A stretch of DNA of 64,000 nt from Crocinitomicaceae bacterium (GCA_044237035.1 JBIIFU010000008.1:18429-82428); one strand, 5' to 3'. Shown: positions 45,045-55,793, counted from the stretch's first letter. The notes: a model not told the origin generated them from the sequence alone. Program-made: numbers and translations.

Positions 45045-46058
45045 TTATTCAAAAGCTAAATCGGCTTCAATTTTAGTTTTAAATAATCGAATCATTTTTT
45101 CTAAATCAAAGAAATAACTGTTTCGTTCTTTTTCATTCACCTGACTTATCAAACTTGAATTTGCTAATTGCTTATCCAAAATCTTTTTGGTATCCTTTAC
45201 ATAGTTTTCATCTGTTGTATGCAGGTAATTCATAATGTTATGTGAAATAAACAAGCCCTTCGTCTCGTTAGATTCGTAATAAAATGTTGCTTCCGAATTT
45301 ATAGTTTCATTCATATACATTTCAAATTTGTTTCCCTCGGCGGGTGCTGAGGTACCATAGATGAACTTTTTACCAATAGTAGCTTGATCTTTTAAATGTT
45401 CCACAAATAGTAAAGCTCTTTCACATAGAAAAACTGCATACGTTGGATCATCAAATAAATGAGCTTTGTAATAATACCAAACTTGCCGCATAAATCCGCG
45501 AAGGAGTTCTTGGTCATAGATCTCAACCGTTGGAATTTGATTGTATAATTGTAAAATTTCTTTTCCTAATTCAAAAACACGGTCCGGAGTTTTTTCGTGT
45601 ACAAACTTTTGGTTGGCATAATCGGTCATTTGTAAATGTGTTTTTGCCCAAAAGAATAATCGAAAACGAACTAACTGAGGAAAATTCAAAAGTTGAAAGA
45701 ATTGTACATTATTAATAGCTAATAAAATTTTCGGATTTGAAAATGATTTCAAATGCACAAAACGATCTCTTATTCCTTCTAAATAACTTACTAAACTGAA
45801 ATCATACGTATTTAAGGGAGGAAAATCAAACATAGCCTTACCGGTTCCTATTTCAGCCAGTTTATCGAACGATATATTGTAATGCTTACATATTTTTTGA
45901 ATCTCACTTGCGCTAAGGGGTGTTTCATTTCTATATCTTCTATAAACTGCGTCGGGACTAATATGCAAAACTTCTGATAAAGCATTGCCAAGGGAATCTT
46001 GATTTCCTATTTTTAATTTAATTTCTTGAAAAATGAGACTTTGAATAGATGTTTTCAT
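45045..46058 (-). CDS. XRE-like helix-turn-helix protein with ~270-aa helical C-terminal domain
   Basis: 337 aa with no signal peptide. It has the HTH LGNALSEVLHISPDAVYRRYRNETPLSASEIQKICKHYNISFDKL. It starts 6 nt after the upstream OMP gene stop. Confidence 0.62.
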   Translation of the reverse strand: MKTSIQSLIFQEIKLKIGNQDSLGNALSEVLHISPDAVYRRYRNETPLSASEIQKICKHYNISFDKLAEIGTGKAMFDFPPLNTYDFSLVSYLEGIRDRFVHLKSFSNPKILLAINNVQFFQLLNFPQLVRFRLFFWAKTHLQMTDYANQKFVHEKTPDRVFELGKEILQLYNQIPTVEIYDQELLRGFMRQVWYYYKAHLFDDPTYAVFLCERALLFVEHLKDQATIGKKFIYGTSAPAEGNKFEMYMNETINSEATFYYESNETKGLFISHNIMNYLHTTDENYVKDTKKILDKQLANSSLISQVNEKERNSYFFDLEKMIRLFKTKIEADLAFE

Positions 46059-46064
46059 TCAGAT

Positions 46065-47141
46065 TTAAAATTTATAAAACCAAGTACACATGGGGATTGG
46101 AAATGAATTGTTTTCACCGTGATCAAACACGGCAACTCCAGCCAATGAAACTTGAAATGCTTTGTTCTCTTTTGTTTGAAAACGCATTCCAGGCATTAAA
46201 AACAAGGCAAATACTTCTTGATTCAACGTTACTTTTTGTCTGTAAATCCCGTTGGAAAAATCAGGGGGACTCGCTTCTTTTACTACTTCAATATCTCCGA
46301 AATTATTATATCGTTCAGCGTTGGAAAAAACCCCAAACATAGAATCGAAAATAAAACTTGCTTTAGCGCCAACCCGGGCGATGCCAGCTATCGAAATTAT
46401 CGGGCCTTGAAGCAAAATTTTAGATGAATATTCTTTGTATTTGTAAAAAAATGAATATCCATCAGTTGAATTATATGTTCCAGGTTCTACAAGCATCTTA
46501 GTATTTACTTTTTGGTTGATGTTTGATAAATAGCCATATCCTGCACTAAAAGTAATGTTATTTTTTCGATCTCCGTATGTCACATTGCCAAAATGCAATC
46601 CACCATATCCTTCAAAACTGTTGAAATATCCGGAAGTTCCAAATAAAGTTCCTATCGAAAAATTGAGTTTTGGTTTTTTTGTTGGAATCGTATATTTTGC
46701 AGCGAAAACTAAGGGACTTGCCAGCCATGTGGACATAATTCCAATATTTAAGTGGTTGGTTACTGCAAAATGCACTTCTGGTCCATATAAATTTAGCATG
46801 GTATAATTTTCACCCTTTGTTATTGGCAATGCATTTGTTGTAAAAGCATGTCTAGTGGTAAATGGCCCTGAAGAGTGGTATTCTCCACGTACCACTGATT
46901 TTTTATCAGCTATCAATATAATGCTTCTCACATCTGATTTAGGAATATAAATCTTTCCTAAGTTTTCTGTTTTTATAAGGATTTCTCGTCCGTCATCGGA
47001 AAGAATTTTTCCAATAAATTCAGATCCATTTGTTTTAGTAATTAAATACGTATTTGTATCCCCTTGTTGATGTGTTGGAATTTGTGCAAAGGCATTCCCA
47101 AGACTGAAAAGAAAAATAAATAGTAATAGGTTTGTTTTCAT
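46065..47141 (-). CDS. putative outer membrane beta-barrel protein
   Basis: 358 aa with signal peptide ...SLGNAFA|Q and a small N-terminal beta domain. It shows alternating hydrophobic patterns and ends in an aromatic residue (...CTWFYKF). Confidence 0.58.
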   Translation of the reverse strand: MKTNLLLFIFLFSLGNAFAQIPTHQQGDTNTYLITKTNGSEFIGKILSDDGREILIKTENLGKIYIPKSDVRSIILIADKKSVVRGEYHSSGPFTTRHAFTTNALPITKGENYTMLNLYGPEVHFAVTNHLNIGIMSTWLASPLVFAAKYTIPTKKPKLNFSIGTLFGTSGYFNSFEGYGGLHFGNVTYGDRKNNITFSAGYGYLSNINQKVNTKMLVEPGTYNSTDGYSFFYKYKEYSSKILLQGPIISIAGIARVGAKASFIFDSMFGVFSNAERYNNFGDIEVVKEASPPDFSNGIYRQKVTLNQEVFALFLMPGMRFQTKENKAFQVSLAGVAVFDHGENNSFPIPMCTWFYKF

Positions 47142-47393
47142 AATTAATTGTTTGATTTATAATAAATTATGCAATTGAGATCATGCAATCACATGAAGCA
47201 AACCTAGTAGATTGTTCTCATTTTATCATTGTATCTAATCGTAAATAACTAGTGAATTTTCAAGATTGAAGTTTTTTCGAATTTTGGAATTGATAAAATT
47301 TTCAATTTTTCTTTTGTTTTTCTGGCAACCATACAACAAAAAAGTAGTTTTTTACGTAGTAACATTGTCGTATCTTTACAAGACAAATTCGAA

Positions 47394-50300
47394 TTGAAAA
47401 AACTAGGGTTTATTTGCTTATTGCTTCTCACCTTCAAAATTCTTGGTCAAGAGGTGTGGATGACTCCCAATCGCGGGCAATGGGATGAACGTATATTGTA
47501 CAACGTAGATCTCAATCAAGGCAAGTTATATTTGGAAAATACTCAAATTACTTTTAACTTGAGTGATGCTTTATCACATAATCATAGTGAACATGAAGAT
47601 CATTCAGAAGAAAAAAGTGGGATAGCATATCATACGATTAATCAAACTTTTCTAAACGCAAATCTAAATGCTACTAAGGTTGAGAAAAATCCATCGAGTC
47701 ATTATTCGAACTATATGTTAGGTTCTGATAAATCCAAATGGAAATCAGAAATTCATTCCTTTGGTGAGGTTCAATACCAGCAATTTTATCCAAACATTGA
47801 CTTGTTTTATAACTCAAGTAATGGTCAGCTGAGCTATAATTTTTTGGTTCTACCAACAGGGGATCCTACCCAAATCGAATTTATCTTGACGGGAGCTGAG
47901 TCGGTCAGAATTGCTGCGGATGGTTCTTTAATTTTAAAACATCGCTTTGGAGAAATTATTGAGTCCGCACCCCTTGCTTGGACTGAGGACGATAGTGGAA
48001 ATAAAACAAAAGTGTCATGTCTTTTTGAGATCCATCGGGATACTGTTCGGTTTAGTTTTCCAAATGGATACACTAAGAATGAGAAATTAATCATTGATCC
48101 GAGCTTGACTTTTTCAACTTTTACTGGTTCTACAGCCGATAATTGGGGTTTTACAGCTACGCCAGATATTAATGGAAATTTATTTGGTGGAGGAATTGTT
48201 TTTGGTTCTGGGTATCCACTTTCTACTGGTGCTTATGATGTTTCGTACAATTCAGGAACAGGTTCTTTTCCAATGGATGTTGGTATAACAAAATACAATA
48301 CCACTGGAACAAATATCTTATATTCAACCTATATCGGTGGTAGTGGAAACGAGACTCCTCATTCAATTGTTTGTGCTCCAAATGGCGAATTATATATTTA
48401 TGGGGTAACCTCATCAACAAATTTTCCTATGGCAGGAACTCCTTACGACAATTCGCATAACGGTGGGCCTTATGAATTGGAAAATTCTTTAGAATTTAAT
48501 GGCGCTGATATTTATGTGGCTCGTTTAAATGCCAATGGCACCTCCTTATTGTCATCAACTTATGTTGGAGGATCGAATACTGATGGTTTAAATACGAATA
48601 GCCTTGATTATAATTACGGAGACCAATTTCGCGGTGAGATTATTTTAGATGACAATCAAAATGTTTATATTTCGAGTACTACTGCATCATCCAATTTCCC
48701 CACTGTTTCGGCAAGTCAAGCAACTTTAAACGGCAGTCAAGACGCTGTCATTTTTCGGATGAATGCTTCCTTGAGCACCTTAACTTGGAGCACTTATTTT
48801 GGAGGTAGCGGTTTAGAAACTGGAAATTCAGTAACAGTATCAAGTAACGGATTTGTTTATGCTGCAGGTGGTACATCCTCCTTTTCGCTGCCACTTTCAG
48901 TAGGAAATGATTTGTCATTCAATGGAGGTATTTCTGATGGTTATGTTTTGCGATTGAATCAATCGAATGGGCAATTTGTTTCAGGAACTTTTATGGGAAT
49001 GAGCGAATATGATCAAACCTATTTTGTAGATACGGACATTGATAATTTTGTTTATGTCTATGGACAAACAGAGTCTGATTGGGGAGTTTCACCGGGATGT
49101 TATGGCACACCTAATTCTGGGCAATTTGTGCGGAAATATTCTACTGATCTACAAACCATTTCCTGGTCAACAATGATTGGTGCCGCTCATGGACATGTAG
49201 AAATTTCACCAACCGCCTTTTTAGTTTCCGATTGCTATGATATTTATTTGGCAGGTTGGGGTGGGATACTAAATCAAAATGGCCAAGCATCATTTTCTAC
49301 CAGTAACAGTTTCCAATGCACACCCGATGGCTATCAACTTACAACCAATGGAAATAACTTTTATGTTGCTGTTCTAGACCAAGATGCAAGTTCATTGAAA
49401 TACGCAACGTTCATGGGCGGAACAAATAGCAGTTACAATCATGTGGATGGTGGAACGAGCCGTTTTGATAAGTCAGGTCGAATTTATCATGCTGTTTGTG
49501 GTGCATGCGGAGGCAATGATTACGGATTCACAAGTACACCAGGAAGTTGGTCTCCAACAAATAATAGCTCCAATTGTAATATGGCGACGTTTAAGTTTGA
49601 ATTGAGTACAATTCAGGCAGCGGCTGCCCAACCTGCTCCGCTAATTTGCATTCCTCAATCCGTTTATTTTCAGAATAACAGTACGAATGGAAATGCCTAT
49701 TCGTGGGACTTTGGCGATGGCAATTCATCAACTGAATTTGAACCAATTTATCAATATACCGAACCGGGAATTTACGATGTAACCTTGGTTGTTTTTGATA
49801 CAAATGGTTGTTTCAGTTCTGATTCAGTTACAATTACAGTTACAATTGGCGCATTTGAAGGGGGAGTTGTTCAGCCTGTGAGTCCAATTTGTCCAGGTGA
49901 TTCATACCAGTTTGATGCATTTGGAGGTGTTAATTACAGTTGGACACCCGCCAATCTTCTTAATAATCCGAATATTTCAAATCCTGTAGCAACAATTACT
50001 TCAACAACCACTTTTTCTGTCGTGATATCTGATAGCTGTGGTTCTGTTACCGTTCCAGTGACCTTAGAAGTTTTTCAGAGTTCCCTTTCTGTATCTCCGG
50101 ATACTAGTATTTGCATTGGGGGTTCTGTTCCACTTGATGCACAAACAAACGGAACTGTGGTTTGGAGTCCACCAACATTTTTAAATAATCCTTCAAGTTT
50201 AAATCCTATTTCTACACCAACTTCATCTATTACCTATTCAGTAACTTCAACGAGCCCTGATGGATGTGTCAATGAAGATTCTGTTGCTATTTCAGTGTAT

Positions 50301-51260
50301 TTTAATCCACCAATCCCATTACTTCCGGATACTGTAGCAATGTGTCAAGGTGGAGCAGCAACAATCGTAGCCGGAGGCGGAAACACCTATTCTTGGAGTC
50401 CGAATTCATTTATTAACACTTTGGTGGGTTCAACAGTACTTGTTAATCCACCGAATGATCAATGGTATTACTGTGAGGTAACAAATGCCTGTGGTACTGT
50501 CCCAGATTCAGTTTGGATAAATGTTATTCAAGCAGCAATTACAGCGGGAAATGATACAATAATTTGTCCGGGTGAAACAGCATTTATATGGGCTACAGGA
50601 GCTAGCACGTATGAGTGGTATCCTTCAAATACAGTTGTTTCAGTTAACGGTAATATCGCTGAGGTAAGACCTAATCAAAGTACAAATTATATGATAATTG
50701 GGACAGATATTAACGGATGTAGGGATACTACATTTGTGGAGATTGTTTTGCATCCAATGCCAAGTATTGAATTAACTACAAATGTTATTGCGTTTTTTAA
50801 TGATGAAATTCAATTAGAGGCGATAACACATTCTCCAGGGGTTTTTACTTGGAATCCACCGGAATTCCTTTCTTGTGTAAATTGTCCAAATCCAGTTGCT
50901 ACTCCCAATAGAAATATCACCTACCAGGTATTTTTCACTGATCAAAATGGCTGTTCCACCTCTAGTTCAGTTTCAATCTTATACGATGCAGTTGTTTATG
51001 TTCCTAATACATTTATACCTGATGGAAATGGGGTGAATGAAGTCTTTAAAGTCTATGGCGGGAATCTTAAAGAAATGGAGTGTTTGATTTTTAATCGTTG
51101 GGGCGAATTGATTCATACGTTAAATTCCATTGACGAAAGCTGGGATGGGACTTACAAAGGAAGAATGTGTCAGGATGGAACTTACACGTGGAAATTGATT
51201 TACAAAGACTATTTTGGCAATAAAAATGAAATCACCGGTCACGTAAATTTAATACGTTAA
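47394..51260 (+). CDS. large SBBP-repeat / PKD / Ig-like repeat adhesin with T9SS type-B sorting domain
   Basis: 1288 aa. It starts at TTG, with no in-frame ATG that preserves the signal peptide LKKLGFICLLLLTFKILG|Q. It has SBBP-type propeller repeats (YSTYIGGSGNETPHSI....NGELYIYG.TSSTNFP) and a PKD segment (NSTNGNAYSWDFGDGNSS). It also has 5-6 Cys-containing repeats of about 85 aa (ICPG....F.A.GG..Y.W.P). The C-terminus is NTFIPDGNGVNEVFK...IFNRWGELIHT...WDGTYKG. Confidence 0.86.
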   Translation: MKKLGFICLLLLTFKILGQEVWMTPNRGQWDERILYNVDLNQGKLYLENTQITFNLSDALSHNHSEHEDHSEEKSGIAYHTINQTFLNANLNATKVEKNPSSHYSNYMLGSDKSKWKSEIHSFGEVQYQQFYPNIDLFYNSSNGQLSYNFLVLPTGDPTQIEFILTGAESVRIAADGSLILKHRFGEIIESAPLAWTEDDSGNKTKVSCLFEIHRDTVRFSFPNGYTKNEKLIIDPSLTFSTFTGSTADNWGFTATPDINGNLFGGGIVFGSGYPLSTGAYDVSYNSGTGSFPMDVGITKYNTTGTNILYSTYIGGSGNETPHSIVCAPNGELYIYGVTSSTNFPMAGTPYDNSHNGGPYELENSLEFNGADIYVARLNANGTSLLSSTYVGGSNTDGLNTNSLDYNYGDQFRGEIILDDNQNVYISSTTASSNFPTVSASQATLNGSQDAVIFRMNASLSTLTWSTYFGGSGLETGNSVTVSSNGFVYAAGGTSSFSLPLSVGNDLSFNGGISDGYVLRLNQSNGQFVSGTFMGMSEYDQTYFVDTDIDNFVYVYGQTESDWGVSPGCYGTPNSGQFVRKYSTDLQTISWSTMIGAAHGHVEISPTAFLVSDCYDIYLAGWGGILNQNGQASFSTSNSFQCTPDGYQLTTNGNNFYVAVLDQDASSLKYATFMGGTNSSYNHVDGGTSRFDKSGRIYHAVCGACGGNDYGFTSTPGSWSPTNNSSNCNMATFKFELSTIQAAAAQPAPLICIPQSVYFQNNSTNGNAYSWDFGDGNSSTEFEPIYQYTEPGIYDVTLVVFDTNGCFSSDSVTITVTIGAFEGGVVQPVSPICPGDSYQFDAFGGVNYSWTPANLLNNPNISNPVATITSTTTFSVVISDSCGSVTVPVTLEVFQSSLSVSPDTSICIGGSVPLDAQTNGTVVWSPPTFLNNPSSLNPISTPTSSITYSVTSTSPDGCVNEDSVAISVYFNPPIPLLPDTVAMCQGGAATIVAGGGNTYSWSPNSFINTLVGSTVLVNPPNDQWYYCEVTNACGTVPDSVWINVIQAAITAGNDTIICPGETAFIWATGASTYEWYPSNTVVSVNGNIAEVRPNQSTNYMIIGTDINGCRDTTFVEIVLHPMPSIELTTNVIAFFNDEIQLEAITHSPGVFTWNPPEFLSCVNCPNPVATPNRNITYQVFFTDQNGCSTSSSVSILYDAVVYVPNTFIPDGNGVNEVFKVYGGNLKEMECLIFNRWGELIHTLNSIDESWDGTYKGRMCQDGTYTWKLIYKDYFGNKNEITGHVNLIR

Positions 51261-51295
51261 TTGAATTACTCGAAAAATCTAATTTGAAATTAACT

Positions 51296-51967
51296 TTATA
51301 ACGATAGCGACTTCAAAAATTCATTTTTTGTTGCCTCATTTTCAAATTTGCCGGAATAAAAACTTGTAACCGTAGCTGAAGATTCATCCTTAATTCCTCT
51401 TGAAGATACACAAAGGTGCTTTGCATCAATCAAAACGGCAATATCTTGAGTTCCCAAAACACGTTGTAATTCTTTGGCAATCTGAACAGTTAATCGCTCT
51501 TGAACTTGAGGTCTTTTCGCAAAATATTGCACAATTCGATTTAATTTCGATAATCCAATAACAGATCCATTTGAAATATAGGCGACGTGAGCTTTTCCTA
51601 TAATTGGCACAAAATGATGCTCGCAATTACTATAGAATGAAATATTTTTTTCCACCAACATTTGATTGTATTGGTATTTATTATCGAATAGTGCAATTTT
51701 AGGTTTGTTATCAGGATTTAATCCTGAAAAAATTTCTTGAACATACATTTTAGCCACTCTGTAAGGAGTTCCTTTTAAACTATCATCGGTTAAATCAAGA
51801 CCCAATGTCTCCATTATTTTTTCAAAATGATAGGCTATTTCATCGATTTTTTGAGAATCAGATTTTGTGAATGCATCAGCGTGCATTGGTGTTTCAATAG
51901 ATGTTAAAATATGCTCATCGCCTAATTGTTCGTACAGTTCGCTTAGTGAAATAGATTCTGATTTCAT
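51296..51967 (-). CDS. folE: GTP cyclohydrolase I
   Basis: 223 aa with GTP.RVAKMY, SNCEHHF.P..GKAHVAYIP and RPQVQERLT motifs. Confidence 0.95.
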   Translation of the reverse strand: MKSESISLSELYEQLGDEHILTSIETPMHADAFTKSDSQKIDEIAYHFEKIMETLGLDLTDDSLKGTPYRVAKMYVQEIFSGLNPDNKPKIALFDNKYQYNQMLVEKNISFYSNCEHHFVPIIGKAHVAYISNGSVIGLSKLNRIVQYFAKRPQVQERLTVQIAKELQRVLGTQDIAVLIDAKHLCVSSRGIKDESSATVTSFYSGKFENEATKNEFLKSLSL

Positions 51968-52148
51968 GTTTTGTATTTTGTCAAGTTAGATTATTCTATG
52001 GTCATTTTCTAGTTTGAAAGAGACCGTAAAAATATAAACAGATGAAAGTAAATAATGTTTAATATTTTATATAAAAAGTTAAACAAATAATATGTGCAGT
52101 GATTTGATTAATCTAAAATAACCCTGTATTCTATCCTAATTGATAAAC

Positions 52149-53261
52149 TTAGTGATTCGAATCAATCACCTCCCAAACCTTCTCAGCCGTTTGATCCCAA
52201 GAGAATAATTTAGCTCGTTGAATTCCATTCTTTATTAACGTTTCTCGTAATTCTTGTTTTTGAAACAAACGATTCATACCTTCAGCAATTTCGTTTTCGT
52301 TAAATGGATCGCAATAAATCGCTGCATCACCTGCTATTTCTGGCAAACTTGTCTTGTTGCCTGATAAAATAGGGATTCCACATTTCATTGCTTCAATCAA
52401 AGGAATTCCAAAACCCTCGAAATAGGGCGCGTAGGTCAAGGCAAAAGCAGAAGCTGTATATTGAACTAATTTTTCTTGTGTTAAATGTCCTGTAAATCGA
52501 ACACTATTTTTCACCGCCTCTGGAATTTCGATGGAATGTCCTTTCCACATGGGTTTTCCAACAATTACCAATTCAAAAGCCGGGTAAGAGTTTTGCTCCA
52601 TAAAAAGCGCAAAGGAATTAACTAAACGCTGCACGTTTTTGCGTGGGTGAATAGAACCCACAAAAAGGAAATAAGGATTTAAATTATTTTCATTTCGAAA
52701 CATTTTAGTTTGATCGTCCGAAGAAACGCGAAATTTCTCAGAAGCGCCATTCCAAGCAACCACAATTTTTTTAGAGTCAATATGGTAGGTCGAAATAATG
52801 TCTTGTTTTGATGCTTCAGAAACTGTAATAATTTTTTGGGAATGACGCGCGAATTTTGGGAAATACTTTCTGTAGTACCAACCTACTAGTCCCGGTAAAT
52901 CCTCCGGATAATGTTCAAAATTTATATCGTGAATTACATGAATTTGAGGGGTTTTTGAGCCTAAAACTAACGATCCGTCAGGTGAAAATAAAACGTCGAT
53001 TTTGTATTTCTTTAGTGCTCTTTTCAAGCTCCATTCAAACCAAATCAAGTAAAGAAAGGGATGTCGTGCTTGTGGTTTTAGAACTATTTCTTTGCAATTA
53101 GAACCAAATTTGAACTTCTCATCCACTTTTCTATCAAAAAATAAAATAAATTCATGTTCAGGATGATTTTGCACAATTCTTCGCACAACTTCATAAGTGT
53201 ACCAGCCAAATCCTTCCATTTTATCGGAAAGTAAAAAGCGGGTATTTATTCCTATGCGCAA
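52149..53261 (-). CDS. glycosyltransferase family 4 protein
   Basis: 370 aa. The likely TTG start gives (L/M)RIGINTRFLL, the typical N-terminus. It has the GT-B C-terminal motif EGFGIPLIEAMKCGIPILSGN.TSLPEI.GDAAIY.DP. Confidence 0.88.
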   Translation of the reverse strand: MRIGINTRFLLSDKMEGFGWYTYEVVRRIVQNHPEHEFILFFDRKVDEKFKFGSNCKEIVLKPQARHPFLYLIWFEWSLKRALKKYKIDVLFSPDGSLVLGSKTPQIHVIHDINFEHYPEDLPGLVGWYYRKYFPKFARHSQKIITVSEASKQDIISTYHIDSKKIVVAWNGASEKFRVSSDDQTKMFRNENNLNPYFLFVGSIHPRKNVQRLVNSFALFMEQNSYPAFELVIVGKPMWKGHSIEIPEAVKNSVRFTGHLTQEKLVQYTASAFALTYAPYFEGFGIPLIEAMKCGIPILSGNKTSLPEIAGDAAIYCDPFNENEIAEGMNRLFQKQELRETLIKNGIQRAKLFSWDQTAEKVWEVIDSNH

Positions 53262-53264
53262 AAT

Positions 53265-54047
53265 TTAGTTTAAGACGGGAACTGATTCAATTTCTTTCAA
53301 AACGCCATCCCACAAATGCATTCTCATTTTTAATGCTTCGATAGAAACTTGAGTGGCTTCTTGCCATTTTTGATGATCTTCTTGACATAAATCCTGAATC
53401 ATTTGGAGTGCCATCGGACCATGCTCGCCACCATCAACTTCAATGTGTCTTTCTAGATAATAAATCAATTCAGACAATGAGTTACCAGATTGTTTTTCAA
53501 CTGTTTTTATGATTTCAATGAACATATCCGGAATTAAATCTTCACGACCAAAGGTGAATAAGGCGGCTAGTTCATGAGCTTTATTTTCTTTAATTTTTTG
53601 AAATGTGAACTTGACAAAATCTTTGGTGTTTTCGGAAATTGTTAGGTTTTCAAGTTTAGTGGATAGAGATTCAACTGTACATGACTCCACAAAAGATAGA
53701 ATTTCTATCGTTCTTGCTCCAATTTGTTCCATTGCTTTTAGATACAACTCAAAATGACTCGCTGGATTCCCTAATTGATCCACATCACTTTCTTCTCCCC
53801 ATACGATTTCATTTATTAACCTTCGTGTAGATGCAGATCCAACAGGTTTCCATGGTAATTCAACCGATGTCAAATTGATCTGAAGCGCTTTCAGCAAGCT
53901 CATAAAATCCCAGACCGCATAAATATGTTGTTGCATAAAAAGCTGGATTCCTCCCAACGTATTTAATTTAGAATACAAAGGATGAGCAAGGAGCTCTGCT
54001 CGAAAAGGCTCAATATCGGATTTTAATTTATTGAGTTCTTGAGTCAT
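53265..54047 (-). CDS. DUF3050 domain-containing protein (heme-oxygenase-like fold)
   Basis: 260 aa. HPLY..L......LF...HIYAVWDFMSLLKALQ is the DUF3050 signature. It abuts aspS with a 0-nt gap and the GT4 gene with a 3-nt gap. Confidence 0.82.
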   Translation of the reverse strand: MTQELNKLKSDIEPFRAELLAHPLYSKLNTLGGIQLFMQQHIYAVWDFMSLLKALQINLTSVELPWKPVGSASTRRLINEIVWGEESDVDQLGNPASHFELYLKAMEQIGARTIEILSFVESCTVESLSTKLENLTISENTKDFVKFTFQKIKENKAHELAALFTFGREDLIPDMFIEIIKTVEKQSGNSLSELIYYLERHIEVDGGEHGPMALQMIQDLCQEDHQKWQEATQVSIEALKMRMHLWDGVLKEIESVPVLN

Positions 54048-55793
54048 TTATCTCAATTTAATTCCTAATTCTTGAAATTGTGCATCTTCCAAAGGTGAAG
54101 GCGCATCAATCATGGTATCACGCCCACTGTTATTTTTAGGGAAAGCAATATAATCACGAATGGATTCTGAACCACCCATGGTTGCTACTAAACGATCTAA
54201 TCCAAAGGCCAACCCACCATGAGGAGGAGCACCAAATTCAAAGGCGTTCATTAAAAATCCAAATTGAGCTTGAGCTTGTTCTCGAGTGAATCCAAGAAGA
54301 TCAAACATCTTGGCTTGTAATTCCTTGTTGTGAATTCGAATTGAACCACCGCCCAATTCTACACCATTCATGGCTAAGTCATATGCATTAGCGCGAACAT
54401 TACCTGGATCTACCTCTAACAAATGGAAATCTTCCGGTTTTGGTGAAGTAAATGGATGGTGCATAGCATGCCAACGCTTTGAATCTTCATCCCACTCCAA
54501 TAATGGAAAGTCAACGACCCAAAGTGGCTTAAATTCATCTGATTTTCTAAGTCCCAATTGATTTCCTAAATGTAAACGCAATTCATTTAACTGTTTGCGT
54601 GTTTTATCCAAATCGCCACATAATACCAACAACAAATCTCCAGGCTTCATATTGGTTTGACCTGCCCATTTTTCTAATTCAGCTGAATCATAAAATTTAT
54701 CTACAGAGGATTTGAAGGTTCCATCTGTATTGTAACGCATGTAAACCAACCCTTTTGCACCAATTTGTGGACGTTTCACCCAATCAGTTAGCTCGTCAAG
54801 TTGTTTTCTGGTAAATTCAGCTGCCCCACTCACGTTTATTGCAAGTACGCTTTCAGCACTATCAAAAACAACAAAGTCTTTTCCTTGAGTAAGTGAAGTC
54901 AAATCCTGAAATTCCATACCGAAACGAATATCCGGTTTGTCTGAACCATATTTTTCCATGGCATCAGCGTAAGTCATTCGCGGAAAATCGCCTTCAAAGT
55001 CAACATTTTTAACTGATTTAAATAAATGTTTTATCAAGCCTTCAAACGTTTGTAAAACATCTTCTTGTTCCACAAATGACATTTCACAGTCAATCTGAGT
55101 GAACTCAGGCTGTCTGTCTGCACGTAAATCCTCATCTCTGAAACATTTAACAATCTGGTAATATCGATCAATTCCAGAAACCATTAATAATTGCTTGAAA
55201 GTTTGAGGCGATTGAGGTAAGGCATAAAATTGTCCTTGATTCATTCTACTTGGCACCACAAAATCTCGGGCTCCTTCTGGAGTGGATTTTATTAAAACAG
55301 GCGTTTCAACATCCATGAAATTTTGAGAGTCTAAGTATTTGCGTGTTTCAAGTGCTACTTGATTCCTCAAAAATAATTTCTGCTGAACAGGATTCCTTCT
55401 TAAATCTAAATAGCGGTATTGCATGCGTAATTCATCACCGCCATCTGTCTCATCCTCAATTGTGAAGGGAGGAGTTTTGGCAGCATTCAAAATTTGTAGG
55501 TTTTCAACTACAATTTCAATTTCTCCGGTGTGTAGGTTTTTGTTTTTGCTTGATCTTTCGATTACAGTTCCAGTTGCTTGAATAACGAATTCTCTTCCTA
55601 ATTTACGAGCACTTTCGCACAAATCAGCGTTTGTATCCATATTGAAAGCTAATTGGGTAATTCCATAGCGATCACGTAAATCGATGAATGTCATTCCACC
55701 CAAATCTCTGGATTTTTGAACCCAACCGGAAACAGTAACTTTTTGATTGCAATTTTCTAAACGAAGCTCACCACACGTATGCGTTCTGTACAT
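54048..55793 (-). CDS. aspS: aspartate--tRNA ligase
   Basis: 581 aa. It starts [11 protein letters not shown], followed by an OB fold and class II motifs ([31 protein letters not shown]). Confidence 0.97.
   Translation of the reverse strand: MYRTHTCGELRLENCNQKVTVSGWVQKSRDLGGMTFIDLRDRYGITQLAFNMDTNADLCESARKLGREFVIQATGTVIERSSKNKNLHTGEIEIVVENLQILNAAKTPPFTIEDETDGGDELRMQYRYLDLRRNPVQQKLFLRNQVALETRKYLDSQNFMDVETPVLIKSTPEGARDFVVPSRMNQGQFYALPQSPQTFKQLLMVSGIDRYYQIVKCFRDEDLRADRQPEFTQIDCEMSFVEQEDVLQTFEGLIKHLFKSVKNVDFEGDFPRMTYADAMEKYGSDKPDIRFGMEFQDLTSLTQGKDFVVFDSAESVLAINVSGAAEFTRKQLDELTDWVKRPQIGAKGLVYMRYNTDGTFKSSVDKFYDSAELEKWAGQTNMKPGDLLLVLCGDLDKTRKQLNELRLHLGNQLGLRKSDEFKPLWVVDFPLLEWDEDSKRWHAMHHPFTSPKPEDFHLLEVDPGNVRANAYDLAMNGVELGGGSIRIHNKELQAKMFDLLGFTREQAQAQFGFLMNAFEFGAPPHGGLAFGLDRLVATMGGSESIRDYIAFPKNNSGRDTMIDAPSPLEDAQFQELGIKLR

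Noticed and set aside
51968-52148. Possible THF or other riboswitch in the 181-nt region upstream of folE
   Set aside because: The minus-sense sequence is extremely AT-rich with no extended complementary segments. It looks like a plain promoter region.
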